A DNA stretch of 61,668 nucleotides, filler included. It is 4 parts of 4 records of this genome, joined end to end, with 100 filler letters (N's around TTAATTAATTAA, not from the genome) between each part and the next. Parts side by side here need not be neighbours in the genome. Positions count along the whole stretch, not along the records: positions 17,317 to 33,353 come from SRR20825006_1634; positions 33,454 to 48,859 come from SRR20825006_1637; 2 more parts are not named here. One strand, written 5' to 3'. Every line of letters starts with the position of its first letter. The first letter of the stretch is position 1. Below are positions 30,196-40,196 of this stretch, one piece after another. The notes below the pieces were generated by a model. It worked only from the letters and a program-made list of their open reading frames with translations. It was not told the origin of the DNA and did not search any database. The position numbers were made by a program, and so were the translations under genes.

Positions 30196-33102
30196 TCAGC
30201 CATTGCCGTTTTGCACCCGATGGCCCGGAATACGAAGCGCCATCATCATGCCATTTTCACCCAATGGGTCGAAAGACAGGCCAAAAGAGTTGGCCCGCGC
30301 CAAAGACCGAGTGAGCGACAGACCAACTGCGGAACTGGCAGTTGTGCCCGTTTCTTTGCCATCCTCAGTCACCTGATGGAACACGGCAAACTTCTCACCG
30401 CGGTCAATTTGGTTGCTTCCATTGTCCCGCACATGCACAGACACATCGCCATTATCTTCACGAATGGCGCTGATGATCACATTACTTCCCGGTGGGCTAA
30501 GCGTTACGGCACTCGCCAGCAAATTCATGATGGTTTGGCTCAGCAGCTTGGCATCTGCATCCACCAAATATTGCGCATCTGGAATCGCACTGCGCACAAA
30601 CACCTGTTGGGCATTGGCTTGGGTGCGGATTTTGCCGATACATTGCGTGAGCAAATCACCCAAATCGACCTGCGCATTTTCCAATTCATAGGAGCCATCG
30701 CGATAGCGGCTCAAATCGTCCAGCTCGTGCACCACACGTTCCAAACGTTTTGCGGCCAGCTGAATATCTTTGACATATTCGCGATAACGATCATTCCCAA
30801 TCGGGCCATAGGCTTCGTCATGCATCAAGCTGTTAAAGCCCGAAATGGTGGCCAATGGTCGCCGAATTTCGCGGCTGATCAGCGGCAGCAATTCAGCTTC
30901 AGCACCAAGATCATCCGGCACATCGCTATTTTGCTCAGATTGTGGCTCTTCTTTTTCACGCACCAATCCAATCAATTGGAAATCGTCGCCATTTTCCATG
31001 GGGTGGCGCAAAAACTGGACGGCGCAATGTGCGGCGCCAGCAAACAGAAACACTTCTGATTCCTGCTTGGTGCCCGCCAACAAGCCGAAATAATTAGAAC
31101 GGCTGTCCGCGTCGATATATTCCATCAAGGTGCGATCAAGCATCATTTCGCGGTGTGGCCCGATCAGCGTTTCGGCTGTTTCAGAAACCTCGTTCACATG
31201 GCCACGATTATCAAGCACCACCAAGCCAAGTTGCTGCGCTTCAGCAATACGCTTCAACAATTCAACATCAAGTTGGGTCTGTTCATCAGAAGCGGCAAAA
31301 ACTGACAACTCATCATCACTATGCTCAAACGCATCGGCAGTCGCGGGCAGCGCGATTGGCTCTTTGCGATCATCTTCGCGCGCGGTCAGCATATAGGCAG
31401 ATTTGCCTTGCCATGTGGTGGTTTGCAACCGCGCCACAACTGGTACATCCGTGCCATCTTTACGCAAAAGTTTGGTCACGGGGCCAACACTGGAATCACC
31501 GTCATCAGCGCGCGGGAAAATCTGATCAAACCCAGCCTGACGCAATTCGGTGCTGGTTTTATATCCTGCAAGCTCGGCCATCGCGCGGTTGGCGAATAGC
31601 AATTCCTGATCGCGGAACAGCAGAATGCCTAAGGGCAGGCGGTTCAGCACCAGTGTTTCATCGCTCAAGGCAACCAGCGCACCAGACACTGTTGGTCCTT
31701 CTGGCGTGTCCTTCACCTCATCAGGTGAGGGGACTTTGGGCTTAACCGGACGCCGCTTTTGCGGATTCGCAGGTGCGTCCATGGCATTTTCAGGAATGCC
31801 ATTTGCCGTCAATTGTGCGGCAGCTTCGCGCTCGCTAGCAGGCGGATCATTTGGTTCGGTTGGCGTTGTTGTTTCTTCAACTTTGGCTCCGGTCGAAGGC
31901 TCTGCTTCGTCCGATCCGACGCGCTCCCGCAACACACGCGACAATTCTTCAAAATTATAGCGGGCACTGCGATCTGATCCCACCTTGTCCGAACGCGGCT
32001 GTTCTGAAACAGATTCTGGCTCCGGCGTTGGTGCGGCAACATTGGCGACAGAGGAGCTATCCGCTTCAGTCTCGGCGCTGGTGCGCTTTGCCTTGGCGCG
32101 GATAGTCCACAATTGCGGCGCTTCCGCTTCGCCCTCTACAGTCGCTTCTGCAATATGCTCATCATCGCCCAGCTCATCGGAGAGTGCCTCTGCAAGCTCG
32201 TCGGCTTCAATGGCCTCCAACCGATCTGACGAGTCGATCAAGCCACGATCTGCCTGATAGAGATGATCGATAAGCTCCGTCAAATCATGCGGCAAATCAT
32301 CATCTTCTTCTTGAAACTGTTGTTCAGTTTCGGAAGATGCATCGTCGTCGGTAGTCGAGTGGCTCTCAACTTGATCCGATGTATCGGCTGTTTGCGCCTC
32401 ATTATCCAAGCGGTCCAGCAAGCCATCTTCTGGCTCGGCATTAAAGGGCTCAATATCCTCTTCAGCCTCGGGCAGGGCGTCCGCGCCCATTTCTGCGAGA
32501 TCGTGCAAGGTGCCCGGCTCGAAAACCAACATCTTTGCGCGGCTGGAAATATCAAATTGTGCCGTTGCACCCTGTTCCAAAAGATCAAGTGCGATTGCAG
32601 CAAGCTCCGGCTGTGGCGCACCTTCAGGCGCCACGCTGGTGCCTGCAACCACTTCGTGATTGTCGTCCACCACCACAAAATCTAGCTCTGGCGAAAACAT
32701 TTGAGCACTTGCTGCCAAATCATAGGCATCGCCGCTAAACAATTGCGGATCAATAGTGTCTGATGAGATCACCAGCAAGCCAGTCAGCTCATCATTGATC
32801 AATGGAATGCAGCTGCATGTGGTGGAAACGGGCTTCTTGCCAATTTGAAACCGCATGCGCGACAGGCTGGCGCGACCATGTGCGCCCAAACGGATCAGGC
32901 GATTGATCTGCCCGCGCAATGGCACAGGGTCCGGCAAAAGCTTCACGCGTTTCTTTTTCGCCTTAGTGCGGAAAAGTCGGGCCGCCAAATTGCGCCACAA
33001 TAGGCGCGAGCCATCTTCATCCCAAAACCAAACAGGTCTAGGATCAAGCGTGTAGCTCAGCACTCTTTTGCCAATTTCGCTATGTACCCAATGTGAACGC
33101 AT
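30196..33102 (-). CDS. PdhS/CbrA-like cytoplasmic PAS histidine kinase homolog, probably catalytically dead
   Basis: N-terminal DPRPVWFWDEDGSRLLWRN; acidic linker; PAS (LNRLPLGILL..LFANRA); DHp ISREIRRPL...YGPIGNDRYREYVKDI; degenerate HATPase. Confidence 0.85.
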   Translation of the reverse strand: MRSHWVHSEIGKRVLSYTLDPRPVWFWDEDGSRLLWRNLAARLFRTKAKKKRVKLLPDPVPLRGQINRLIRLGAHGRASLSRMRFQIGKKPVSTTCSCIPLINDELTGLLVISSDTIDPQLFSGDAYDLAASAQMFSPELDFVVVDDNHEVVAGTSVAPEGAPQPELAAIALDLLEQGATAQFDISSRAKMLVFEPGTLHDLAEMGADALPEAEEDIEPFNAEPEDGLLDRLDNEAQTADTSDQVESHSTTDDDASSETEQQFQEEDDDLPHDLTELIDHLYQADRGLIDSSDRLEAIEADELAEALSDELGDDEHIAEATVEGEAEAPQLWTIRAKAKRTSAETEADSSSVANVAAPTPEPESVSEQPRSDKVGSDRSARYNFEELSRVLRERVGSDEAEPSTGAKVEETTTPTEPNDPPASEREAAAQLTANGIPENAMDAPANPQKRRPVKPKVPSPDEVKDTPEGPTVSGALVALSDETLVLNRLPLGILLFRDQELLFANRAMAELAGYKTSTELRQAGFDQIFPRADDGDSSVGPVTKLLRKDGTDVPVVARLQTTTWQGKSAYMLTAREDDRKEPIALPATADAFEHSDDELSVFAASDEQTQLDVELLKRIAEAQQLGLVVLDNRGHVNEVSETAETLIGPHREMMLDRTLMEYIDADSRSNYFGLLAGTKQESEVFLFAGAAHCAVQFLRHPMENGDDFQLIGLVREKEEPQSEQNSDVPDDLGAEAELLPLISREIRRPLATISGFNSLMHDEAYGPIGNDRYREYVKDIQLAAKRLERVVHELDDLSRYRDGSYELENAQVDLGDLLTQCIGKIRTQANAQQVFVRSAIPDAQYLVDADAKLLSQTIMNLLASAVTLSPPGSNVIISAIREDNGDVSVHVRDNGSNQIDRGEKFAVFHQVTEDGKETGTTASSAVGLSLTRSLARANSFGLSFDPLGENGMMMALRIPGHRVQNGNG

Positions 33103-33150
33103 ATACTTTCAGAACCTTGCCAAAGCTTTTCACAAGCTTGGGGATAAAAA

Positions 33151-33234
33151 TTTACGTTTTCTTAATATATTCAATAGGCCGAGCCGTCTAGCATTTGCCC
33201 AGCAGGCAAGGAAAAAGACCATTTTCATGGTTAA
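33151..33234 (-). promoter_or_regulatory. CtrA-like sites upstream of the kinase homolog
   Basis: Minus-strand TTAA-N7-TAAA (33151-33165) and TTAACCAT (33227-33234). Confidence 0.5.
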
Positions 33235-33278
33235 GATGGAAAACTGAAATTTTTTTTGAAAGAGCGGCTTTTGCCCTC

Positions 33279-33307
33279 TTGCCAATTCAAAAGTTCGGCC
33301 CTATGTT
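33279..33307 (+). promoter_or_regulatory. Sigma70-type promoter of the tRNA
   Basis: TTGCCA-17 nt-TATGTT followed by a GC-rich discriminator CGCGCGC. Confidence 0.65.
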
Positions 33308-33325
33308 CGCGCGCACAAATGATGT

Positions 33326-33353
33326 GCCGCCTTAGCTCAGTTGGTTAGAGCGC
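33326..33353 (+). tRNA. tRNA 5' fragment (acceptor strand and D arm), possibly tRNA-His; anticodon not present
   Basis: GCCGCCT-TA-GCTC-AGTTGGTTA-GAGC-GC; cut by contig end. Confidence 0.8.
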
Positions 33354-33453
33354 NNNNNNNNNNNNNNNNNNNNNNNNNNNNNNNNNNNNNNNNNNNNTTA
33401 ATTAATTAANNNNNNNNNNNNNNNNNNNNNNNNNNNNNNNNNNNNNNNNNNNN
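33354..33453. other. Artificial contig linker
   Basis: N-run, TTAATTAATTAA, N-run. Confidence 0.99.
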
Positions 33454-34269
33454 GGCCCCAATGGCGCGGGCAAAACCACGCTGATCGGCGCGGTCTGTGG
33501 GCTGGTCACGATCTCTTCGGGACAGGCCTTGGTCGGCGGGTTTGACGTGGCCAAAGAGCCGCGTCGCGCCCGCCGTTTGATCGGATTGGTGCCGCAAGAA
33601 CTGGCGCTCGATCTGTTTGAGACGGTGTGGAATTCGGTGCGGTTTACACGCGGGTTGTTTGGCCTGCCCCGCGACGATGCCCATATCGAAAATGTGCTCA
33701 AATCCCTGTCGCTTTGGGATAAAAAAGACAATCAATGCAAAGAGTTGTCTGGCGGGATGAAACGCCGGGTGATGATCGCCAAGGCGCTCAGTCACAATCC
33801 CGAAGTGTTGTTTTTGGACGAACCGACGGCAGGCGTTGACGTCAATCTGCGCCGCGACATGTGGAAAGTGGTCGGCGATCTGCGCAACACTGGCGTGACA
33901 GTGATTTTGACTACGCATTATATCGAAGAGGCCGAAGAAATGGCCGACCGCGTGGCGGTGATCAACAAAGGGTCGATTCTTTTGGTCGAGGACAAAACCC
34001 AGTTGATGCAAAGCTTTGGCCGCAAGGTTTTGACACTGGATTTGGGCGCACCGCTCGCAACTCTGCCCGAAAGCCTCGCCGATTATGATCTGAGCCGCTC
34101 CGAAGACGGAAAACAGCTGTCCTATGCCTATGACACCCGCGAGGCGCGCACCGGGATCACCCGGTTGATCACCGATCTGGCCGCCGAGGGCATTCATGTG
34201 CGCGATCTCGACAGCACAAAAAGCAGCCTTGAGGATGTGTTCCTTGATCTGGTGGAGGAAAAGGCATGA
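33454..34269 (+). CDS. ABC-2 type transporter ATP-binding protein (YadG-like), 5' truncated
   Basis: Begins at Walker [38 protein letters not shown]. Confidence 0.93.
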   Translation, partial: GPNGAGKTTLIGAVCGLVTISSGQALVGGFDVAKEPRRARRLIGLVPQELALDLFETVWNSVRFTRGLFGLPRDDAHIENVLKSLSLWDKKDNQCKELSGGMKRRVMIAKALSHNPEVLFLDEPTAGVDVNLRRDMWKVVGDLRNTGVTVILTTHYIEEAEEMADRVAVINKGSILLVEDKTQLMQSFGRKVLTLDLGAPLATLPESLADYDLSRSEDGKQLSYAYDTREARTGITRLITDLAAEGIHVRDLDSTKSSLEDVFLDLVEEKA

Positions 34270-35027
34270 ACTGGCGCGCGATTGGTGCAATTTACCGCTT
34301 TGAAATGACGCGGTTTTTCCGCACCATCTATCAATCCATTCTCAGCCCGGTTCTGTCCACCGTGCTCTATTTCGTGGTCTTTGGCGCGGCCATCGGCGGG
34401 CGGATCGACACGGTCGAAGGCATCGCTTATGGCGCTTTTATCGTCCCCGGCCTGGTGATGTTGTCGGTGCTACAACAATCCATTGCCAACGCCTCTTTCG
34501 GCATTTATTTCCCGAAATTCACCGGCACGATCTTTGAACTTTTCTCTGCCCCCGTGTCATTTTTCGAAATCGTCATGGGTTTTGTCGGCGCGGCAGCGAC
34601 CAAGAGCCTGTTCGTGGCGGTGCTGATCATCGCCACTTCCTTTGTCTTTGTCGATCTCCACATCGTCCATCCAATCTGGGCCATGGTGTTTTTGATTCTG
34701 ACGGCGCTGAGTTTCTCGCTTTTGGGCTTTATCTTGGGCATCTGGGCGAAAAGTTTTGAACAGCTCAACATCGTGCCAATGTTGGTGGTCACGCCTTTGG
34801 TCTTCCTCGGCGGCGCGTTTTATTCCGCCGCGATGTTGCCGGGGATTTGGCAGGTCGTGGTGAAATTCAATCCGGTTCTGTACCTGATCTCAGGCTTCCG
34901 CTGGGCGTTTTTTGACGTCGCAGATGTGCCTGTGACCCTCTCCTTGGCGGCGATCACGGTGTTTTTGGCACTCTGCCTTGCGGTGATCGGGTGGATTTTC
35001 AAAACCGGATGGCGGCTTAAATCCTAA
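34266..35027 (+). CDS. ABC-2 type transporter permease (YadH-like)
   Basis: ATGA overlap; [26 protein letters not shown]. Confidence 0.92.
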   Translation: MNWRAIGAIYRFEMTRFFRTIYQSILSPVLSTVLYFVVFGAAIGGRIDTVEGIAYGAFIVPGLVMLSVLQQSIANASFGIYFPKFTGTIFELFSAPVSFFEIVMGFVGAAATKSLFVAVLIIATSFVFVDLHIVHPIWAMVFLILTALSFSLLGFILGIWAKSFEQLNIVPMLVVTPLVFLGGAFYSAAMLPGIWQVVVKFNPVLYLISGFRWAFFDVADVPVTLSLAAITVFLALCLAVIGWIFKTGWRLKS

Positions 35028-35095
35028 ATTCAGCGGGCAGTTGGTTGGTATTTGCACAGCTATCCGCAAATACCCGCCGATGATCGTTCGTCTGT

Positions 35096-35108
35096 GCACA
35101 AATTCTGT
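35096..35108 (+). promoter_or_regulatory. Shared motif GCACAAATTCTGT upstream of yceI
   Basis: An identical 13-mer lies upstream of the convergent cytochrome b-YceI gene. Confidence 0.55.
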
Positions 35109-35195
35109 TTGACCCTGTGGAATTGTGTAAACTCCACGGGCGCTTAGATTTGTTGCATCGCAACACAAACAACCCCTTATCAAAGAGAGTTTCGT

Positions 35196-35771
35196 ATGAA
35201 ATCTATCCTGTTGTCCTCCGCCCTGATCCTTGGCCTTGGCGCTGCGGCTTCCGCAGAGCCGGTGAAATACGTGCTCGACGCCTCGCACAGCCAAATCGTG
35301 TTCACCTATGAGCACTTGGGCTTTTCGACCACCACCGGCGTGTTTTCGGGCTTTGACGGCGAAATCATGTTTGACGCCGCAAACGCCGCCGCCTCCTCTG
35401 TCACCGTCGCCTTCCCGACCGACAGCCTTTACACCGGTTGGGCCGAACGCACTGCGCACTTCCTGACCGACGATTTCTTTGGCGCAGAGGCCAACCCGAC
35501 GATTTCCTTCACCTCCACCGGCATCGAAGTGACCGGCGAAACCGAAGGCAAAATCACCGGCGATCTGACCATCAACGGCATCACCAAATCGGTGGTTTTG
35601 GATGCGGAAATGACCCAGATGGGCGATCACCCGATGGCCGGCAAACCTTGGGTTGGCTTTGACGCCGAGACCTCCGTGCTGCGCTCCGACTTCGACATGG
35701 GCATGTACACGCCCTATATCTCTGACGAGGTTCAGATCGAAATTTCCATCGAGGCGATGCAGGCTGAATAA
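35196..35771 (+). CDS. yceI: YceI family periplasmic lipid/quinone-binding protein
   Basis: Signal peptide; YVLDASHS; HLGFS; GDLTINGITK; RSDFDM. Confidence 0.92.
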   Translation: MKSILLSSALILGLGAAASAEPVKYVLDASHSQIVFTYEHLGFSTTTGVFSGFDGEIMFDAANAAASSVTVAFPTDSLYTGWAERTAHFLTDDFFGAEANPTISFTSTGIEVTGETEGKITGDLTINGITKSVVLDAEMTQMGDHPMAGKPWVGFDAETSVLRSDFDMGMYTPYISDEVQIEISIEAMQAE

Positions 35772-35795
35772 GCCCCCTCCCGACGCCACAGACAT

Positions 35796-35830
35796 AAAGA
35801 AGGCCGCTGGATCACTCCAGCGGCCTTTTC
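35796..35830. terminator. Bidirectional terminator
   Basis: AAGGCCGCTGGA-TCAC-TCCAGCGGCCTT, A-rich on the left and T run on the right, between convergent genes. Confidence 0.85.
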
Positions 35831-35851
35831 TATTGCGCCGAAACGCCCCGC

Positions 35852-37075
35852 TCAGGGCGCACGGGTCGCGGTCAGACTGACATCCACGGTGACAGAATAG
35901 CCCACGGTTGATTCGTCCGCATACCCCGCGCCCATGCCGAAATCACGGCGATCCAAGGTGGCTTGTCCTGCCATCGTCGCCGTATCCCCTGCAAGATCCA
36001 GGGTGAAATCGAGCGTCACAGGCACTGTTTGCCCGACCAAGGTCAGCATGCCCGCCACCTGATGGTCTGGCCCAGCCCCCGTGCGGGTGATCGGACCGGC
36101 AAAGGTGGCGGAGGCATAGGTCGCGGTGTTGAAAAACTCCGGCCCCTGCGCCTGTGCCGTGACCGACCCAAGAGTGAGCGAGGTCGTGTCGATGGTCACG
36201 GACACCTCCCCCGTGCCCGCGCCCGGGTCATAGGCAATGGCGGCGGACCAAGTGGCAAAGCGGCCCTCGACACCCGCCCCCATTTGCATGACGGTGATCC
36301 CCAGACTGCCCTCTTGTACGGTCCAAGCGGGCAGGTCAGAGGTGGGAACTGCGGCGGTTGCGACGGGCGCGCTGGTCGGCATTTGTGCGGCTTCGGCTTC
36401 CGGCATCGGCGGCTTCGGCCCAAAGACCGCAAAGCCAATCACCCCAGCCCAAAGCACGATCGCAACCAGCGGCGGCACGGCATGGGGCGTGGTGGCCCTT
36501 TGACCCGGCGTTCCGGCATCGCGCCCCTGGAGCATCCGCGCCAAAACACCATCGCGTTCGAACACCGCATGTTTGAGCGCCCCCGCGATGTGCAGACCAA
36601 CGGTCAGGTAGATCACCAAAGCCGACAGCCCATGCACCGCGCCCGCCGTCTGGGCAAGGGTTTCGGATTTAACGACGAAAGGCAGGTTTTGGCCAAAGGG
36701 CCAAAGGATCGGCGCAAAGCCACTTTCCGCCGAATGCAGCACCCAACCGGACAGCGGCATGACGATGATCGCACCATAAAGCGCCCAATGGATGACCTCG
36801 GCCAAAAGCGTCTCAGCCCGGCGCGCAGGATGCACCGGCACCGGGCGCGGCTGGGTCAGCGCCCAAAGGATGCGCAACACGGCGAGAAACAGAACACTGA
36901 CGCCGATGGTTTTATGTACGGAATAGAGAGTTTTAAGGAACTCGGCCGTGTCCGCCGTGCGCGGAGTATTTTCGCCGATCAGGCCCAGCGCCAGATCGGT
37001 CAGGATCAAAAGCGCGATGACCCAGTGAAACAGACGGGCGATCAGCCCGTAGCGAGTGTCGGTGTTGGCCAGCAT
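35852..37075 (-). CDS. Cytochrome b561 (YceJ-like)-YceI fusion protein
   Basis: RLFHW, HKTIG, PLSGW, LHIAGALKH heme ligands; C-terminal YceI domain ending LDRRDFGMG. Confidence 0.9.
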   Translation of the reverse strand: MLANTDTRYGLIARLFHWVIALLILTDLALGLIGENTPRTADTAEFLKTLYSVHKTIGVSVLFLAVLRILWALTQPRPVPVHPARRAETLLAEVIHWALYGAIIVMPLSGWVLHSAESGFAPILWPFGQNLPFVVKSETLAQTAGAVHGLSALVIYLTVGLHIAGALKHAVFERDGVLARMLQGRDAGTPGQRATTPHAVPPLVAIVLWAGVIGFAVFGPKPPMPEAEAAQMPTSAPVATAAVPTSDLPAWTVQEGSLGITVMQMGAGVEGRFATWSAAIAYDPGAGTGEVSVTIDTTSLTLGSVTAQAQGPEFFNTATYASATFAGPITRTGAGPDHQVAGMLTLVGQTVPVTLDFTLDLAGDTATMAGQATLDRRDFGMGAGYADESTVGYSVTVDVSLTATRAP

Positions 37076-37151
37076 TGTGAAACCTTACGTTGGGGAGGGA
37101 ACGTTTGGTCCACTCTACGCCAAGCTGCGCATCAAGGCACCCGATTTGGCC

Positions 37152-37166
37152 GCACAGAATTTGTGC
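37152..37166 (-). promoter_or_regulatory. Palindromic motif GCACA-N5-TGTGC upstream of the cytochrome b-YceI gene
   Basis: Minus-strand GCACAAATTCTGTGC; first 13 nt identical to 35096-35108. Confidence 0.55.
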
Positions 37167-37212
37167 GGGGACGCGCGAGTGGAGCCTGCATAACGCAGCC
37201 CCATGACGCAGC

Positions 37213-37240
37213 AAAAAGGGCGCCCCAACGGACGCCCTTC
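37213..37240 (-). terminator. Terminator of the FadL-type gene
   Basis: AAAAAGGGCG...CGCCCTT hairpin giving a U tract on the minus strand. Confidence 0.7.
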
Positions 37241-37259
37241 TCTCGGGGTGTGGCAAAAA

Positions 37260-38528
37260 TCAGAAGGTGCGAGTCCAGCCGATCGAAGCGGAGATTTGGC
37301 TCATGTTCAAATCAACCGTGCCGCCCGTTGGTCCCAATGGGGTCATTTCCGGGCCGGAGACGGTGTTTTCCGGCACATAAGAGAGCGAAAAATCAATCCG
37401 GTCGCGTGCATTTATCTGACGCGATCCGCCAACCGTAAAATGATCTTCGACCACACCGGGAGCCAGGATGCCAAAGTTCACATCATCCGCGCCCACCGGG
37501 TTCGCCGCATGGGCATAGCCCACACGCCATGTCATATCCGGCGAGGCCTTCCATTCCGCCCCCAAACGGATCACTTCCACATCCTCCCAACCAAAACCCG
37601 CGCCGCCATCGGCACCAAGCGCGCCTGAGGACATGGGATTGGCCACGGCCGGCGCATCGGAGTAAAAGATTTTCTGGTAATCCAGCAGCAAGGCCAGATC
37701 AGAGGTCGGTTGATACGCCAGACCAATGGTGACCGAGGGCGGGATGTCAAAATCGCCCCCGCCCTCAAACAGCCCGGCGTATTTATCAAACTCGGACATG
37801 TTGAATTTCGTTTGCGCCGAAAGACCGAGGGTCAGTTGATCACTCAGCTCATATTGCAGACCAACGCGCAGGCCGAGGCCGGTGGAATAATCATAGCCAT
37901 TGTCGGTGAGCGCGGTTGGATCGACGGAAATGCCGGAAAACGCCGCAAGCCCTTTGGCCTCAAACGCCTGCACTGCCAAAGTCGGTGCGATGCCATAAGA
38001 CAGCCGCCCGAGTTTTTGCGCATAGGTGACCGAGACAAAAAGCTGAGTCAGATCCACCCCCGAAGCCCCGCCGCAAAACACCCCCGTGCCGCCGCCACAA
38101 TTGGCATTGGGCACGGCATCATAGCTTGTGTTCATTCCGCCATTGCCATAGGCGGCAAAGTTGACCACCGCGCCGTTCGACAACGGCAGGTTATAGGCGG
38201 CGTTGGGGACGGGGAAAAACGATTTGCCGCTGTCGATGGTGCCGGAGGGGACAAAGCCCGTGCTGTCACCCGTAAATCCACGGCTTGGCGAAAATGCCTG
38301 AAGGCCAAGGCTCATTTCCCGGCCCACAGTGGCGACACTCGCCGGGTTGATCGCGCCGGACATGGCGTCTTGAGAATAGGCCACCCCGGCGCCCCCAACA
38401 CCGCGTTGGGCGGGGCCATAGCCCAGCGCAAAATAACCTTCGGTCGCGCTGGCGGTTTGGGGCAAAGCGCCAGCCATCAGGCACAGCACGACGGGTCCCG
38501 CAAAACGGGTTTGGTCTTTGACGAACAT
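37260..38528 (-). CDS. OmpP1/FadL/TodX family outer membrane transporter
   Basis: Signal peptide; TEGYFALGYG...GAGVA...INPA hatch; C-terminal WTRTF; start placed at MFVKDQ. Confidence 0.88.
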   Translation of the reverse strand: MFVKDQTRFAGPVVLCLMAGALPQTASATEGYFALGYGPAQRGVGGAGVAYSQDAMSGAINPASVATVGREMSLGLQAFSPSRGFTGDSTGFVPSGTIDSGKSFFPVPNAAYNLPLSNGAVVNFAAYGNGGMNTSYDAVPNANCGGGTGVFCGGASGVDLTQLFVSVTYAQKLGRLSYGIAPTLAVQAFEAKGLAAFSGISVDPTALTDNGYDYSTGLGLRVGLQYELSDQLTLGLSAQTKFNMSEFDKYAGLFEGGGDFDIPPSVTIGLAYQPTSDLALLLDYQKIFYSDAPAVANPMSSGALGADGGAGFGWEDVEVIRLGAEWKASPDMTWRVGYAHAANPVGADDVNFGILAPGVVEDHFTVGGSRQINARDRIDFSLSYVPENTVSGPEMTPLGPTGGTVDLNMSQISASIGWTRTF

Positions 38529-38777
38529 TCTTTCCCTCCATTGTTTTCGGGGATGCGACCGCACTCCTCCTTGCGGCGTGATCGCGCCCGAATTCGCGTC
38601 ACGCGAACATCCCGCGACGCTGTGCATATTATTTATGGGATCACAGTGCCGTGATCTCCATAAACTTATGCGAATATTTATAACCATGCGACAAAATTTT
38701 CCGCCGCGTAGCAGCGCAAGGCACGCCGCAACGCAACAGGGCTTTTCCGATCATCCCGTTCGGAGTATATCGCGAGG

Positions 38778-40196
38778 ATGAGTCAGAACCCGCCCAACCT
38801 CCGCCCCGATCTTGCGCCCAAAGCGCAGTTTAACACTGTCGCTCGCCCCGAGGACCGCAATGGCCAGCCCACGATTGGGATGGTCTCTTTGGGCTGCCCC
38901 AAAGCCTTGGTCGACAGCGAACGCATCCTGACGCGCCTGCGCGCCGAAGGCTATCAAATCAGCGCCGATTATGCCGGGGCCGATGCGGTCATCGTGAACA
39001 CTTGCGGGTTCCTGGATTCGGCGAAAGCCGAGAGTTTGGAGGCCATCGGCGAGGCCTTACAGGAAAACGGCAAGGTCATCGTCACCGGCTGTTTGGGGGC
39101 TGAGCCCGACTACATCACCGGGGTCCACCCGAAAGTTTTGGCGGTCACCGGTCCGCATCAATATGAACAGGTGTTGGACGCCGTCCACGGCGCCGTGCCG
39201 CCCTCCCCCGATCCGTTCATCGACCTTCTGCCCGCCTCTGGCGTAAGCCTGACCCCACGTCATTTCAGCTATCTGAAAATTTCCGAAGGCTGTAACCACG
39301 CCTGCAAATTCTGCATCATCCCGGACATGCGCGGCAAATTGGCCTCGCGTCCGGTTCATGCGGTGTTGCGCGAGGCGGAAAAACTGGTCGAGGCAGGTGT
39401 CAAAGAACTCTTGGTTATCTCGCAAGACACCTCTGCCTATGGCTTGGATCGTCGCTATTCGACCCATCCGTGGAAAGACCGCGAGGTGCGCAGCCACATC
39501 ACCGATCTGGCGCGCGAGTTGGGCCAATTGGCCTCCGCCGATGAGCTTTGGGTCCGGCTACATTACGTCTACCCCTACCCGCATGTGCGCGAGTTGATCC
39601 CTTTGATGGCGGATGCGGGCAACGCGGTGCTGCCCTACCTCGACATCCCGTTCCAACACGGCCACCCGGATGTTTTGAAACGCATGGCGCGGCCTGCGGC
39701 CTCGGCCAAGGTTCTGGACGAAATCGCCGCCTGGCGCGGCATGTGCCCGGACATCACCCTGCGCTCGACGTTCATCGTCGGCTACCCCGGCGAGACCGAG
39801 GCGGAGTTTGAATATCTGCTGGATTGGTTGGACGAGGCGCAATTGGACCGGGTCGGATGTTTTCAATACGAAAACGTCGCGGGGGCGCGCTCGAACGCCC
39901 TGCCCGATCATGTGGCCCCCGAGGTCAAACAAGAGCGCTGGGACCGGTTCATGGAACGCGCCCAAGCGATTTCCGAGGCCAAATTGACGGCCAAAGTCGG
40001 GCAGCGGATGCAGGTCATCGTGGACGACATCGACGAAGACGGCATCGCCACCTGCCGCACCAAGGCCGACGCGCCGGAGATTGACGGCAACCTGTTTATT
40101 GACGCGAGGACTGAGGGGCTGAGTGTTGGGGATTTGGTGACTGTGGAGGTGGATGAGGCCGGGGAGTATGATTTGTGGGCGAAAATGATAAAGTAG
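38778..40196 (+). CDS. rimO: Ribosomal protein S12 methylthiotransferase
   Basis: [31 protein letters not shown] domain DAPEIDG. Confidence 0.97.
   Translation: MSQNPPNLRPDLAPKAQFNTVARPEDRNGQPTIGMVSLGCPKALVDSERILTRLRAEGYQISADYAGADAVIVNTCGFLDSAKAESLEAIGEALQENGKVIVTGCLGAEPDYITGVHPKVLAVTGPHQYEQVLDAVHGAVPPSPDPFIDLLPASGVSLTPRHFSYLKISEGCNHACKFCIIPDMRGKLASRPVHAVLREAEKLVEAGVKELLVISQDTSAYGLDRRYSTHPWKDREVRSHITDLARELGQLASADELWVRLHYVYPYPHVRELIPLMADAGNAVLPYLDIPFQHGHPDVLKRMARPAASAKVLDEIAAWRGMCPDITLRSTFIVGYPGETEAEFEYLLDWLDEAQLDRVGCFQYENVAGARSNALPDHVAPEVKQERWDRFMERAQAISEAKLTAKVGQRMQVIVDDIDEDGIATCRTKADAPEIDGNLFIDARTEGLSVGDLVTVEVDEAGEYDLWAKMIK

Noticed and set aside
35963-37438. Long + strand ORF of 491 aa, and similar antisense ORFs at 30049-31059, 49788-51128 and 60055-61650
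   Set aside because: Shadow frames opposite well-supported genes in GC-rich DNA, with no recognisable motifs.
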